Assembly: GCF_045037415.1 (NCBI RefSeq)
Contig: NZ_CP173438.1
Origin: Escherichia coli
Lineage (GTDB): Bacteria; Pseudomonadota; Gammaproteobacteria; Enterobacterales; Enterobacteriaceae
Strand: one strand, 5' to 3'
Length of the DNA: 64,000 nt
Shown here: in pieces, positions 41,302-52,707 of the stretch
How the letters are laid out: each line of letters opens with the position of its first letter
How positions within the stretch are numbered: the first letter of the stretch is position 1
Made by a program: the position numbers and the translations under genes
Notes under the pieces: generated by a model
Told to the model about the DNA's origin: nothing
The model's input: the letters and a program-made list of their open reading frames with translations, nothing else
Database searches by the model: none

Positions 41302-42726
41302 ATGACCAAAAAACTCCATATTAAAACCTGGGGCTGTCAGATGAACGAGTACGATTCATCGAAGATGGCCGATCTGCTGGATGCCACCCACGGCTATCAA
41401 CTGACCGACGTGGCGGAAGAAGCGGATGTGCTGCTGCTGAACACCTGCTCAATCCGCGAGAAGGCTCAGGAAAAAGTCTTCCATCAGTTGGGTCGCTGGA
41501 AACTGTTAAAAGAGAAGAATCCAGACCTGATTATCGGCGTCGGCGGCTGCGTGGCATCGCAAGAAGGCGAGCACATTCGCCAGCGCGCCCACTATGTCGA
41601 TATTATTTTTGGGCCGCAAACGCTGCATCGTCTACCGGAGATGATCAACTCCGTGCGCGGCGACCGCAGCCCGGTTGTAGATATCAGCTTCCCGGAAATC
41701 GAGAAGTTTGACCGTCTGCCGGAACCGCGCGCCGAAGGGCCGACCGCGTTTGTCTCCATCATGGAAGGCTGCAATAAATATTGCACCTACTGCGTGGTGC
41801 CTTACACCCGTGGTGAAGAGGTAAGCCGTCCGTCCGACGATATTCTGTTTGAGATCGCCCAGCTTGCGGCTCAGGGCGTGCGTGAAGTCAACCTGCTCGG
41901 TCAGAATGTGAATGCCTGGCGTGGTGAGAACTACGACGGCACCACCGGAACGTTTGCCGATCTGCTGCGTCTGGTTGCGGCGATTGACGGGATCGATCGT
42001 ATTCGCTTTACCACCAGCCATCCGATCGAATTCACCGACGATATCATCGAAGTGTATCGCGACACGCCGGAGCTGGTGAGCTTCCTGCACTTGCCGGTAC
42101 AGAGCGGTTCCGATCGCATTCTGAACCTGATGGGCCGTACTCACACGGCGCTGGAGTACAAAGCGATCATCCGTAAACTGCGTGCGGCGCGTCCGGATAT
42201 TCAGATCAGTTCTGACTTCATCGTTGGCTTCCCTGGCGAAACCACCGACGACTTCGAGAAAACGATGAAGCTGATTGCCGACGTCAATTTCGACATGAGC
42301 TACAGCTTTATCTTCTCCGCTCGTCCAGGAACGCCTGCCGCCGATATGGTTGATGATGTTCCGGAAGAAGAGAAGAAGCAGCGTCTGTATATTCTGCAAG
42401 AGCGCATTAATCAGCAAGCGATGGCATGGAGCCGCCGTATGCTCGGCACCACCCAGCGTATTCTGGTAGAAGGTACATCGCGTAAGAGCATCATGGAGCT
42501 TTCCGGTCGTACTGAAAATAACCGCGTGGTTAACTTCGAAGGCACGCCGGATATGATCGGTAAATTCGTCGATGTAGAAATTACCGACGTCTATCCAAAC
42601 TCCCTGCGCGGAAAAGTGGTGCGTACTGAAGATGAAATGGGTCTGCGCGTCGCAGAAACACCGGAATCGGTGATTGCCCGTACCCGCAAAGAAAACGACC
42701 TTGGCGTGGGTTATTATCAGCCGTAA
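41302..42726 (+). CDS. miaB: tRNA-i6A37 methylthiotransferase
   Basis: 474 aa; radical-SAM CxxxCxxC (CNKYCTYC) plus N-terminal MTTase cysteines. Confidence 0.95.
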   Translation: MTKKLHIKTWGCQMNEYDSSKMADLLDATHGYQLTDVAEEADVLLLNTCSIREKAQEKVFHQLGRWKLLKEKNPDLIIGVGGCVASQEGEHIRQRAHYVDIIFGPQTLHRLPEMINSVRGDRSPVVDISFPEIEKFDRLPEPRAEGPTAFVSIMEGCNKYCTYCVVPYTRGEEVSRPSDDILFEIAQLAAQGVREVNLLGQNVNAWRGENYDGTTGTFADLLRLVAAIDGIDRIRFTTSHPIEFTDDIIEVYRDTPELVSFLHLPVQSGSDRILNLMGRTHTALEYKAIIRKLRAARPDIQISSDFIVGFPGETTDDFEKTMKLIADVNFDMSYSFIFSARPGTPAADMVDDVPEEEKKQRLYILQERINQQAMAWSRRMLGTTQRILVEGTSRKSIMELSGRTENNRVVNFEGTPDMIGKFVDVEITDVYPNSLRGKVVRTEDEMGLRVAETPESVIARTRKENDLGVGYYQP

Positions 42727-42731
42727 TTCTC

Positions 42732-42762
42732 AGGCCCGCCGTTCCGGTGGGCCTTGTTTTTT
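42732..42762 (+). terminator. Hairpin with T-tract after miaB
   Basis: aggcccgcc-gttc-cggtgggcct then ttgttttttc. Confidence 0.45.
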
Positions 42763-42878
42763 CTCTCTTTATCCCCATCTTTATCGCAATGCTTGCGCCT
42801 TTTTCCTGTGGCGTGAATAATTTCCTTATAGGCCGGTGAATGTTCAGCTTCCGGCGGCATACAGATAAGAGGAACGGT

Positions 42879-43919
42879 TTGAACATAGACACTCGCGAAA
42901 TCACCCTGGAGCCAGCAGACAATGCGCGTCTGTTGAGCCTGTGCGGCCCGTTTGATGACAACATCAAACAACTCGAACGCCGTCTCGGCATCGAAATCAA
43001 TCGCCGTGATAACCACTTTAAACTGACCGGCCGTCCGATTTGCGTCACCGCTGCGGCAGACATTCTGCGTAGCCTGTATGTCGATACTGCCCCGATGCGC
43101 GGTCAGATTCAGGATATCGAACCGGAACAGATCCACCTTGCGATTAAAGAAGCGCGGGTACTGGAGCAAAGCGCGGAGAGCGTGCCGGAGTACGGCAAAG
43201 CAGTCAATATCAAAACCAAACGCGGCGTAATTAAGCCGCGCACGCCAAACCAGGCGCAGTACATCGCCAATATTCTCGACCATGACATTACCTTCGGCGT
43301 TGGCCCGGCGGGTACGGGTAAAACCTACCTGGCAGTGGCTGCGGCAGTTGATGCCCTGGAGCGTCAGGAAATTCGCCGTATTCTGCTGACTCGTCCGGCG
43401 GTCGAAGCCGGTGAGAAACTGGGCTTCCTGCCTGGCGATTTAAGCCAGAAAGTAGACCCGTATCTGCGCCCGCTGTACGACGCGCTGTTTGAAATGCTGG
43501 GCTTTGAGAAAGTCGAGAAACTGATTGAGCGCAACGTTATTGAAGTCGCACCGCTGGCCTATATGCGTGGTCGTACGCTGAACGACGCGTTTATCATTCT
43601 TGATGAGAGCCAGAACACCACCATCGAACAGATGAAGATGTTCCTGACCCGTATCGGTTTTAACTCAAAAGCGGTTATCACCGGCGACGTCACACAGATC
43701 GACCTGCCGCGTAATACCAAGTCTGGTTTGCGTCATGCCATCGAAGTGCTGGCTGATGTCGAAGAGATCAGCTTTAACTTCTTCCACAGCGAAGACGTGG
43801 TTCGTCACCCGGTGGTGGCGCGTATCGTTAACGCTTATGAAGCCTGGGAAGAAGCCGAACAAAAACGTAAAGCGGCGCTGGCGGCAGAACGCAAGCGCGA
43901 AGAACAGGAACAAAAATGA
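42879..43919 (+). CDS. ybeZ: PhoH-like ATPase YbeZ
   Basis: ORF 42840..43919; TTG at 42879 with aagagga RBS gives 346 aa ([11 protein letters not shown]...); Walker A GPAGTGKT. Confidence 0.85.
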   Translation: MNIDTREITLEPADNARLLSLCGPFDDNIKQLERRLGIEINRRDNHFKLTGRPICVTAAADILRSLYVDTAPMRGQIQDIEPEQIHLAIKEARVLEQSAESVPEYGKAVNIKTKRGVIKPRTPNQAQYIANILDHDITFGVGPAGTGKTYLAVAAAVDALERQEIRRILLTRPAVEAGEKLGFLPGDLSQKVDPYLRPLYDALFEMLGFEKVEKLIERNVIEVAPLAYMRGRTLNDAFIILDESQNTTIEQMKMFLTRIGFNSKAVITGDVTQIDLPRNTKSGLRHAIEVLADVEEISFNFFHSEDVVRHPVVARIVNAYEAWEEAEQKRKAALAAERKREEQEQK

Positions 43920-44383
43920 GTCAGGTGATCCTCGATTTACAACTGGCATGTGAAGATAATTCCGGGTTACCGGAAGAGAGCCAGTTTCAGACATGGCTGA
44001 ATGCGGTGATCCCGCAGTTTCAGGAAGAATCGGAAGTGACTATTCGCGTGGTCGATACCGCCGAAAGCCACAGTCTGAATCTGACCTATCGCGGTAAGGA
44101 TAAGCCGACCAACGTGCTCTCCTTCCCGTTTGAAGTGCCGCCTGGCATGGAAATGTCGCTACTGGGCGATCTGGTTATCTGCCGTCAGGTGGTTGAGAAG
44201 GAAGCTCAGGAGCAAGGCAAACCACTGGAGGCGCACTGGGCGCATATGGTGGTGCACGGCAGTCTGCATTTGTTAGGTTACGATCACATCGAAGATGACG
44301 AAGCAGAAGAAATGGAAGCCATCGAAACAGAGATTATGCTTGCTCTGGGCTATGAGGATCCGTACATTGCCGAGAAAGAATAA
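43916..44383 (+). CDS. ybeY: Endoribonuclease YbeY
   Basis: 155 aa; [11 protein letters not shown] metal-binding motif. Confidence 0.95.
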   Translation: MSQVILDLQLACEDNSGLPEESQFQTWLNAVIPQFQEESEVTIRVVDTAESHSLNLTYRGKDKPTNVLSFPFEVPPGMEMSLLGDLVICRQVVEKEAQEQGKPLEAHWAHMVVHGSLHLLGYDHIEDDEAEEMEAIETEIMLALGYEDPYIAEKE

Positions 44384-44472
44384 TTTGCCAGGCATTTGAC
44401 TGGCAGACGTCCCCGCCGTTGGTGATTAACGACGGCGTTTTGATTAACTAACATGAGAACCCATACGACGCC

Positions 44473-45352
44473 ATGAGCGACGACAATTCACACAGTAGTG
44501 ACACGATAAGCAACAAGAAGGGATTTTTCTCCCTGTTACTCAGCCAACTTTTCCACGGTGAACCGAAAAACCGTGACGAACTGCTGGCGCTGATCCGTGA
44601 TTCCGGGCAGAACGACCTTATCGACGAAGATACGCGCGATATGCTCGAAGGGGTGATGGACATCGCAGACCAACGCGTTCGCGACATCATGATCCCCCGC
44701 TCCCAGATGATTACCCTGAAACGCAACCAGACGCTGGACGAATGCCTTGATGTCATCATCGAGTCCGCCCACTCACGTTTCCCGGTGATTAGCGAAGACA
44801 AAGATCACATTGAAGGGATTCTGATGGCGAAAGACTTGCTGCCGTTTATGCGCAGCGATGCTGAAGCCTTCAGCATGGACAAAGTGTTACGTCAGGCGGT
44901 TGTCGTTCCTGAAAGTAAGCGCGTAGACCGGATGCTGAAAGAGTTTCGCTCTCAGCGTTACCACATGGCGATCGTCATTGACGAATTCGGTGGGGTTTCC
45001 GGTTCTCGTGACCATTGAAGACATCCTGGAACTGATTGTTGGTGAGATTGAAGACGAGTATGACGAAGAAGATGATATCGACTTCCGTCAGCTGAGTCGT
45101 CATACCTGGACCGTGCGCGCACTGGCTTCTATTGAAGACTTCAACGAAGCGTTCGGCACCCACTTTAGCGATGAAGAGGTTGACACTATCGGTGGTCTGG
45201 TGATGCAGGCATTTGGGCATCTTCCGGCGCGTGGCGAAACCATCGACATCGACGGTTACCAGTTCAAAGTGGCGATGGCCGACAGTCGGCGTATTATTCA
45301 GGTTCATGTCAAAATCCCGGATGACTCACCCCAGCCGAAGCTGGATGAATAA
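44473..45352 (+). pseudogene. corC: Magnesium/cobalt efflux protein CorC (YbeX), disrupted by +1 frameshift
   Basis: CorC is encoded by ORF 44473..45018 (frame 1) continuing in ORF 44978..45352 (frame 2); the join is at ggt-t-ctc around 45004, consistent with one extra T. Confidence 0.8.
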
Positions 45353-45376
45353 AACCGAAACTGGATAGATAACTAC

Positions 45377-46915
45377 ATGGCTTTTGCCTCATTAATTGAA
45401 CGCCAGCGCATTCGCCTGCTGCTGGCGTTATTATTCGGTGCCTGCGGAACGCTGGCCTTCTCTCCTTACGACGTCTGGCCTGCGGCGATTATTTCGCTGA
45501 TGGGACTTCAGGCGCTGACCTTTAACCGCCGTCCACTCCAGTCTACCGCTATTGGCTTTTGCTGGGGATTTGGCCTCTTTGGCAGCGGTATTAACTGGGT
45601 CTATGTCAGCATCGCGACCTTTGGCGGAATGCCTGGCCCGGTTAACATCTTCCTGGTGGTACTGCTGGCGGCGTATTTGTCGCTGTATACCGGACTGTTT
45701 GCTGGCGTGCTGTCGCGTCTGTGGCCGAAAACCACCTGGCTGCGCGTGGCGATTGCCGCCCCTGCTCTCTGGCAAGTGACCGAGTTTCTGCGCGGTTGGG
45801 TACTTACAGGCTTCCCGTGGTTACAGTTCGGCTATAGCCAGATTGATGGCCCGTTAAAAGGGCTGGCACCGATAATGGGCGTGGAAGCCATTAACTTCCT
45901 GCTGATGATGGTTAGTGGCCTGCTGGCACTGGCGTTGGTCAAACGCAACTGGCGTCCGCTGGTGGTGGCCGTCGTGCTGTTTGCCCTTCCCTTCCCGCTG
46001 CGTTACGTCCAGTGGTTTACCCCGCAACCGGAGAAAACCATTCAGGTTTCGATGGTTCAGGGCAATATTCCGCAATCGCTGAAATGGGACGAAGGCCAGC
46101 TTCTTAATACGCTGAAGATTTACTACAACGCAACGGCACCGCTGATGGGCAAATCATCGCTGATTATCTGGCCGGAGTCGGCGATAACCGATCTGGAAAT
46201 TAATCAGCAACCGTTCCTCAAAGCTCTGGACGGTGAGTTGCGCGATAAAGGTAGCTCGCTGATCACCGGGATTGTCGACGCGCGTCTCAATAAACAGAAC
46301 CGCTACGATACCTACAACACCATCATCACACTGGGTAAAGGCGCACCGTACAGCTATGAATCAGCCGATCGCTATAACAAAAACCATCTGGTGCCGTTTG
46401 GCGAGTTTGTCCCACTGGAGTCGATTCTGCGTCCATTAGCACCGTTCTTTGATTTGCCGATGTCGTCATTCAGCCGCGGACCATATATTCAGCCACCGCT
46501 GTCGTTGAATGGCATTCAACTTACTGCGGCCATTTGCTACGAAATCATTCTCGGCGAGCAAGTGCGCGATAACTTCCGCCCGGATACCGACTATCTGCTG
46601 ACTATCTCCAACGATGCGTGGTTTGGTAAGTCTATTGGTCCATGGCAGCACTTCCAGATGGCGCGAATGCGTGCGCTGGAGCTGGCGCGCCCACTGTTGC
46701 GCAGCACCAACAACGGCATTACGGCGGTGATTGGCCCGCAGGGTGAGATTCAGGCGATGATCCCGCAGTTCACCCGCGAGGTGTTAACCACTAACGTAAC
46801 GCCGACCACCGGACTCACCCCGTACTCACGTACCGGCAACTGGCCACTGTGGGTGCTGACGGCACTGTTTGGCTTTGCCGCTGTACTGATGAGTCTGCGT
46901 GCTCGCAAACGTTAA
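45377..46915 (+). CDS. lnt: Apolipoprotein N-acyltransferase
   Basis: 512 aa; N-terminal polytopic domain plus C-terminal nitrilase-like domain. Confidence 0.95.
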   Translation: MAFASLIERQRIRLLLALLFGACGTLAFSPYDVWPAAIISLMGLQALTFNRRPLQSTAIGFCWGFGLFGSGINWVYVSIATFGGMPGPVNIFLVVLLAAYLSLYTGLFAGVLSRLWPKTTWLRVAIAAPALWQVTEFLRGWVLTGFPWLQFGYSQIDGPLKGLAPIMGVEAINFLLMMVSGLLALALVKRNWRPLVVAVVLFALPFPLRYVQWFTPQPEKTIQVSMVQGNIPQSLKWDEGQLLNTLKIYYNATAPLMGKSSLIIWPESAITDLEINQQPFLKALDGELRDKGSSLITGIVDARLNKQNRYDTYNTIITLGKGAPYSYESADRYNKNHLVPFGEFVPLESILRPLAPFFDLPMSSFSRGPYIQPPLSLNGIQLTAAICYEIILGEQVRDNFRPDTDYLLTISNDAWFGKSIGPWQHFQMARMRALELARPLLRSTNNGITAVIGPQGEIQAMIPQFTREVLTTNVTPTTGLTPYSRTGNWPLWVLTALFGFAAVLMSLRARKR

Positions 46916-46918
46916 TGT

Positions 46919-46947
46919 GCCTGATGCGCGACGCTTATCAGGCCTAC
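46919..46947. repeat. REP element
   Basis: gcctgatgcgcgacgcttatcaggcctac. Confidence 0.45.
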
Positions 46948-47013
46948 GCGATTTTTGCAATATGTTGAATTTTCGCGATTTTGTAGGATAAAGCGTACTT
47001 TTTCAACACGCTC

Positions 47014-47040
47014 TGGGGCATGATTATCATGCCCTTTTTT
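47014..47040 (+). terminator. Hairpin with T-tract after lnt
   Basis: gggcatgat-t-atcatgccc then tttttt. Confidence 0.5.
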
Positions 47041-47041
47041 C

Positions 47042-48919
47042 TTACGGTTCAGGGATACAAGCCACATCGCCATATTGGGGATGCCGAATAATTGCCTGCG
47101 GATCAAGTGAACTTTCTCTGTCCAGTTGTATTAGCCCGTTCTTCGCCATAACAAATATCTTTCTACCATCCGCTGAAAAACGAAGATGATTCACGTAGCT
47201 GGCAGGATAAACGCCAATAATCTGCCCGGCATTAATATTGAGCAGGATGACATAACCTTGCAGGCCATATGACACCAACGCTAAATATTGACCGTCCGGG
47301 CTAATACCCTCAACGGAATAAACGCTCCTGCTACACCATTGCGTCATAATGCTGGCTTGTTGATCCTCAGCTCTTATACGTGAAATCCCCTGGCTATCGG
47401 CAAAAATAATCTCACCATTTTTTGGTCGGAATCCCATCGCAGAAACGACACCACGCGCATCACCTGCGGGAAAGTCTTCTTTCTGATGCGTGATGGTATT
47501 GATCCGCACGATGTTACCTCTGCCTGCTCCCGGAACCAGTAATGTTTTTTCATCCGGGGAAAGTGCCATAACCCAGGCGCCTGGTTTACCGCTCATCCCC
47601 GTCCCGTCGTATTTCTCCAGCGGGATATCCGCCACATGCTGATAAGCCACCAGATCAATCGCTGACACACTATTACTGGTGCGATTCATCACCCAGGCTT
47701 TTGTGCCATCACGCGAGAGGATAAGGCTGTCAGGATGTGCGCCGGTGGTAATCGACTGAATAATCTCCCCCGTTGCCACGTTAATGACCGATAATGCATT
47801 CGCTTCAAATGAAGTCGCATACAGCAACGTTTCATCCGGGCTTAGCGCCAGCGACCTGACGCCCTGATCTTTACAGCCACCACAATGTTTGACTGACTTT
47901 TCTTTCGCTATGGGGGCTGTAAAGGTATGCAGGATTTTCTTTTGTCCGAGGTCGAAAACAACAATGCTGTTCGTGTTTTCAATTGCGGCATACAACGTAT
48001 TAGCATCCCGACTGATCGCCATATCATGGATATCGGCAATCTCAGCGAGTAAATCACCACTGGCCTGCTCACGACTTACCGGAGCGGATAATGTTTCCCT
48101 GAGGGCGTTGCGCTCCTCCACTAACTGCTGCTTTTTTTGTCGTCGCTCTTGTTCAATCTCCTGCGGATAAAACGCTTCACGCAGGCTTTGCCTGACCTGT
48201 AAAACTGATTCATCAATCTGCTGCTGCACAAGCCAGATAGTCCCGGTCAGAAGAAGAGTGACCGCAACAATAATCCCGCCTTCCGTAACGAGCCGATTTT
48301 GCCCAACTAAACGCGCACTCAGCCAACCCAACGCGCCCCCCGCAATCAGGCCGCCAATGTGGCAAGCGTTATCTATTCCTGTTTGCCGGGTACCATACAA
48401 CAGTGTCAGCGCCACCATACCCAACAGAGGAAATACTCGCCGCTGGTTTTTATGGTGTGTGCCCGCACCTGAAGCAAGCTGTGTTGCTATCGCAGCGCCC
48501 GCTATTCCCATAATTGCCCCGGATGCCCCAACGCTGATGACTATCTGCTCACTTTCGCGTAACGCATAACAGGCGCTGATCAGCCCACCAAAGATGCCGG
48601 AGAATAACCAGATAATCAGGAGTCGCCATTTCCCCAGTATCCGTTCCGCCACTGTCCCCACCACCAGGAGTGCAAACATATTCATCAGCAAATGGGAAAA
48701 ACTACTGTGCAGAAAAACACTGCTCAATAAGCGCCAGGATTCATCCGACAACGTGAGAGAAGCAACGTTAGCGCCGAGATGGATGAGTGCGGATTGATCG
48801 ACTTCTTCGTAACTCATCCATTGTGCGAGGTAACAAAATATCCCAACACAGAGCGCAAAAAGGATCAGGGTTATTGCGGGTAATTGAACATTTAACGGCT
48901 TAACCGAAGATGCAGACAT
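47042..48919 (-). CDS. Rhomboid-family intramembrane serine protease fused to a C-terminal YVTN-type beta-propeller
   Basis: 625 aa; rhomboid signatures WR...F.H..F.H, catalytic GASG and HIGGLIAG; about 7 TM segments; coiled-coil-like linker; six or more roughly 40-residue propeller repeats. Confidence 0.85.
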   Translation of the reverse strand: MSASSVKPLNVQLPAITLILFALCVGIFCYLAQWMSYEEVDQSALIHLGANVASLTLSDESWRLLSSVFLHSSFSHLLMNMFALLVVGTVAERILGKWRLLIIWLFSGIFGGLISACYALRESEQIVISVGASGAIMGIAGAAIATQLASGAGTHHKNQRRVFPLLGMVALTLLYGTRQTGIDNACHIGGLIAGGALGWLSARLVGQNRLVTEGGIIVAVTLLLTGTIWLVQQQIDESVLQVRQSLREAFYPQEIEQERRQKKQQLVEERNALRETLSAPVSREQASGDLLAEIADIHDMAISRDANTLYAAIENTNSIVVFDLGQKKILHTFTAPIAKEKSVKHCGGCKDQGVRSLALSPDETLLYATSFEANALSVINVATGEIIQSITTGAHPDSLILSRDGTKAWVMNRTSNSVSAIDLVAYQHVADIPLEKYDGTGMSGKPGAWVMALSPDEKTLLVPGAGRGNIVRINTITHQKEDFPAGDARGVVSAMGFRPKNGEIIFADSQGISRIRAEDQQASIMTQWCSRSVYSVEGISPDGQYLALVSYGLQGYVILLNINAGQIIGVYPASYVNHLRFSADGRKIFVMAKNGLIQLDRESSLDPQAIIRHPQYGDVACIPEP

Positions 48920-49372
48920 AAGGTGATTCTTCCTTGAAAAGACTAGTAAAAAGCATTTTCCCGTGTGTAGTTATCATCCCGGCAAACGTCCCACACCGAA
49001 AAGTTAACACTGTCCGAAATATGACTTTTTCAAACTGAAATTACAATCGTAATTAATTCACCCCTAAGTATTTTTTGGCATGTAAGTTGCTTTATTTACT
49101 GTGTAAGCAATGAAATCAGCCGCAACGCAACCGGGTTGCACCACCACAAATCAGCGGTAGCACCAAAAAGGTGCGGTTTAAGAATTTTGCTTCGGAATGG
49201 TGCGGCGCACCTCGCAAAAACAAACAATAAAACAGCAATATCTTTACATTTATCCAAACTAAATGTTACCTAACAAGCACAACACTGCACAATAAAGTCG
49301 CAGATGATAACAACACAAACACTCACAACGGGTATCCATGCGTTTTTAACGCAGAAGATAAAGGAGTTGGAT

Positions 49373-50281
49373 ATGCAATTACGTAAACCTGCCACAGCAA
49401 TCCTGGCCCTGGCGCTTTCCGCAGGACTGGCACAGGCAGATGACGCCGCCCCGGCAGCTGGCAATACGCTGGACAAAATCGCCAAAAACGGCGTGATTGT
49501 CGTCGGTCACCGTGAATCTTCAGTACCTTTCTCTTATTACGACAATCAGCAAAAAGTGGTGGGCTACTCGCAGGATTACTCCAACGCCATTGTTGAAGCA
49601 GTGAAAAAGAAACTCAACAAACCAGACTTACAGGTGAAATTGATTCCGATCACCTCACAAAACCGTATTCCACTGCTGCAAAACGGCACTTTCGATTTTG
49701 AATGCGGTTCTACCACCAACAATGCCGAACGCCAAAAACAGGCGGCTTTCTCTAACACTATTTTCGTGGTCGGTACGCGCCTGCTGACCAAAAAGGGCGG
49801 TGATATCAAAGATTTTGCCGACCTGAAAGGCAAAGCCGTAGTCGTCACTTCCGGCACCACCTCTGAAGTTTTGCTCAACAAACTGAATGAAGAGCAAAAA
49901 ATGAATATGCGCATCATCAGCGCCAAAGATCACGGTGACTCTTTCCGTACCCTGGAAAGCGGTCGTGCCGTTGCCTTTATGATGGATGATGCTCTGCTGG
50001 CCGGTGAACGTGCGAAAGCGAAGAAACCAGACAACTGGGAAATCGTCGGCAAGCCGCAGTCTCAGGAAGCCTATGGTTGCATGTTGCGTAAAGACGATCC
50101 GCAGTTCAAAAAGCTGATGGATGATACCATCGCTCAGGTGCAGACCTCCGGTGAAGCGGAAAAATGGTTTGATAAGTGGTTCAAAAATCCAATTCCGCCG
50201 AAAAACCTGAACATGAATTTCGAACTGTCAGACGAAATGAAAGCACTGTTCAAAGAACCGAATGACAAGGCACTGAACTAA
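49373..50281 (+). CDS. gltI: Glutamate/aspartate ABC transporter periplasmic binding protein
   Basis: ORF 49304..50281 trimmed to ATG 49373 (aaggag RBS); signal peptide MQLRKPATAILALALSAGLAQA; 302 aa. Confidence 0.9.
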   Translation: MQLRKPATAILALALSAGLAQADDAAPAAGNTLDKIAKNGVIVVGHRESSVPFSYYDNQQKVVGYSQDYSNAIVEAVKKKLNKPDLQVKLIPITSQNRIPLLQNGTFDFECGSTTNNAERQKQAAFSNTIFVVGTRLLTKKGGDIKDFADLKGKAVVVTSGTTSEVLLNKLNEEQKMNMRIISAKDHGDSFRTLESGRAVAFMMDDALLAGERAKAKKPDNWEIVGKPQSQEAYGCMLRKDDPQFKKLMDDTIAQVQTSGEAEKWFDKWFKNPIPPKNLNMNFELSDEMKALFKEPNDKALN

Positions 50282-50284
50282 TTA

Positions 50285-50437
50285 CAAGAACCAGGGGCGG
50301 AAATTCCAGCCCTCTCGATTGTTACGTAGCACGGACAGACTATACGCCTGGTGGTCGTTCCCCATCGGGCCTGAAAACCGCAATACGCTGGGTAACAATC
50401 TTCGAGGGTAGCAGTTAACGCTGCTACCCTCTTTTTT
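50285..50437 (+). ncRNA. sroC: SroC-like sRNA region (gltI-gltJ spacer) ending at an intrinsic terminator
   Basis: 169-bp structured spacer; 11-bp stem gagggtagcag / ctgctaccctc at 50404..50431 followed by tttttt; 5' end not determined. Confidence 0.4.
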
Positions 50438-50450
50438 CTGGAGTAGATTT

Positions 50451-51191
50451 ATGTCTATAGACTGGAACTGGGGTATTTTTTTACAACAAGCCCCGTTCGG
50501 CAACACCACCTATCTTGGTTGGATCTGGAGTGGCTTTCAGGTGACGATCGCTTTGTCGATCTGCGCCTGGATTATCGCTTTCCTCGTCGGTTCATTTTTC
50601 GGCATTTTACGTACCGTTCCAAACCGTTTTCTCTCCGGTCTGGGTACGTTGTATGTCGAACTGTTCCGCAACGTGCCGTTGATTGTGCAATTCTTTACCT
50701 GGTACCTAGTGATCCCGGAGCTGCTGCCAGAGAAAATCGGCATGTGGTTTAAGGCAGAGCTGGATCCCAATATTCAGTTTTTCCTTTCATCCATGCTCTG
50801 CCTGGGGCTGTTTACCGCCGCCCGTGTTTGCGAACAGGTACGCGCAGCTATTCAGTCGCTGCCGCGTGGGCAAAAAAATGCCGCGCTGGCGATGGGTCTG
50901 ACGCTACCGCAGGCTTACCGCTACGTACTGCTGCCTAATGCTTATCGCGTTATCGTCCCGCCGATGACCTCAGAGATGATGAACCTGGTGAAAAACTCCG
51001 CCATCGCCTCGACTATCGGTCTGGTGGATATGGCGGCGCAGGCGGGTAAATTGCTCGATTACTCGGCCCACGCCTGGGAGTCGTTTACCGCCATCACGCT
51101 GGCGTATGTATTGATTAACGCTTTTATCATGCTGGTGATGACGCTGGTTGAACGTAAAGTTCGCCTGCCCGGCAACATGGGGGGCAAATAA
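50451..51191 (+). CDS. gltJ: Glutamate/aspartate ABC transporter permease
   Basis: 246 aa; polytopic permease with ABC transmembrane-domain signature region. Confidence 0.95.
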
Positions 51192-51865
51192 TGTACGAGT
51201 TTGACTGGAGTTCCATTGTTCCTTCCCTGCCATATCTGCTCGACGGGCTGGTGATCACGCTGAAAATCACCGTCACGGCAGTGGTGATTGGTATTTTGTG
51301 GGGCACCATGCTGGCGGTGATGCGCTTGTCCAGCTTTGCGCCCGTAGCGTGGTTTGCCAAAGCCTACGTTAACGTATTCCGCTCGATTCCTTTAGTTATG
51401 GTTTTGCTGTGGTTTTACCTGATCGTACCGGGTTTTCTGCAAAACGTGCTGGGATTATCACCCAAAAATGATATCCGTTTAATTTCGGCGATGGTGGCGT
51501 TTTCGATGTTTGAAGCGGCCTACTATTCAGAGATTATCCGTGCTGGTATTCAAAGTATTTCTCGTGGTCAGTCGAGCGCCGCGCTGGCGTTGGGAATGAC
51601 TCACTGGCAGTCGATGAAACTGATTATTCTGCCGCAGGCGTTCCGCGCGATGGTGCCGCTGTTGCTCACTCAGGGCATCGTACTGTTTCAGGATACCTCA
51701 CTGGTGTATGTGTTATCTCTGGCCGATTTCTTCCGTACCGCCTCAACCATTGGTGAGCGTGATGGTACGCAGGTTGAGATGATCCTGTTTGCCGGATTTG
51801 TTTATTTCGTTATTAGCCTTAGCGCGTCGTTGTTGGTCAGCTACTTGAAAAGAAGGACAGCATAA
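51191..51865 (+). CDS. gltK: Glutamate/aspartate ABC transporter permease
   Basis: 224 aa; start overlaps gltJ stop. Confidence 0.95.
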
Positions 51866-52590
51866 TGATTACCCTGAAAAATGTTTCAAAATGGTATGGT
51901 CACTTTCAGGTGCTGACCGACTGCTCAACCGAAGTGAAAAAAGGCGAAGTTGTGGTGGTTTGCGGCCCGTCTGGTTCCGGCAAATCAACGCTGATTAAAA
52001 CCGTCAACGGCCTCGAACCGGTGCAGCAAGGTGAAATCACCGTCGATGGCATCGTGGTTAACGACAAGAAAACCGATCTGGCGAAACTGCGTTCCCGCGT
52101 CGGGATGGTGTTTCAGCATTTCGAGCTGTTCCCCCATCTGTCGATTATCGAAAACCTGACCCTGGCGCAGGTGAAAGTGCTTAAACGCAATAAAGCGCCG
52201 GCTCGTGAAAAAGCATTGAAATTGCTGGAGCGCGTCGGGCTTTCCGCACATGCCAATAAGTTTCCGGCGCAGCTTTCCGGCGGCCAGCAGCAGCGTGTGG
52301 CGATCGCTCGCGCATTGTGCATGGATCCTATTGCCATGCTGTTCGACGAACCAACGTCGGCGCTGGATCCGGAGATGATCAACGAAGTGCTGGACGTGAT
52401 GGTCGAACTGGCGAACGAAGGAATGACGATGATGGTGGTGACCCACGAAATGGGCTTTGCCCGTAAAGTGGCGAATCGGGTGATCTTTATGGACGAGGGT
52501 AAAATTATCGAAGACTCGCCGAAAGACGCTTTCTTCGATAATCCGAAATCGGACCGCGCAAAAGACTTCCTCGCAAAAATCCTGCATTAA
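51865..52590 (+). CDS. gltL: Glutamate/aspartate ABC transporter ATP-binding protein
   Basis: 241 aa; Walker [10 protein letters not shown], signature LSGGQQQR, Walker B. Confidence 0.95.
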   Translation: MITLKNVSKWYGHFQVLTDCSTEVKKGEVVVVCGPSGSGKSTLIKTVNGLEPVQQGEITVDGIVVNDKKTDLAKLRSRVGMVFQHFELFPHLSIIENLTLAQVKVLKRNKAPAREKALKLLERVGLSAHANKFPAQLSGGQQQRVAIARALCMDPIAMLFDEPTSALDPEMINEVLDVMVELANEGMTMMVVTHEMGFARKVANRVIFMDEGKIIEDSPKDAFFDNPKSDRAKDFLAKILH

Positions 52591-52707
52591 TCACTCTGGC
52601 GCGCATACTCAATTGCGCGCCATCTCACGCTTTCTCGTTTCGTCCCTCGTATCTGTTACATCCCGGCGTTACCCTTGTCGCAAAGAAACACACAACAAGG
52701 AGCAACA

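Noticed and set aside
41632-42417. 261-aa minus-strand ORF
   Set aside because: Antisense to miaB; shadow ORF.
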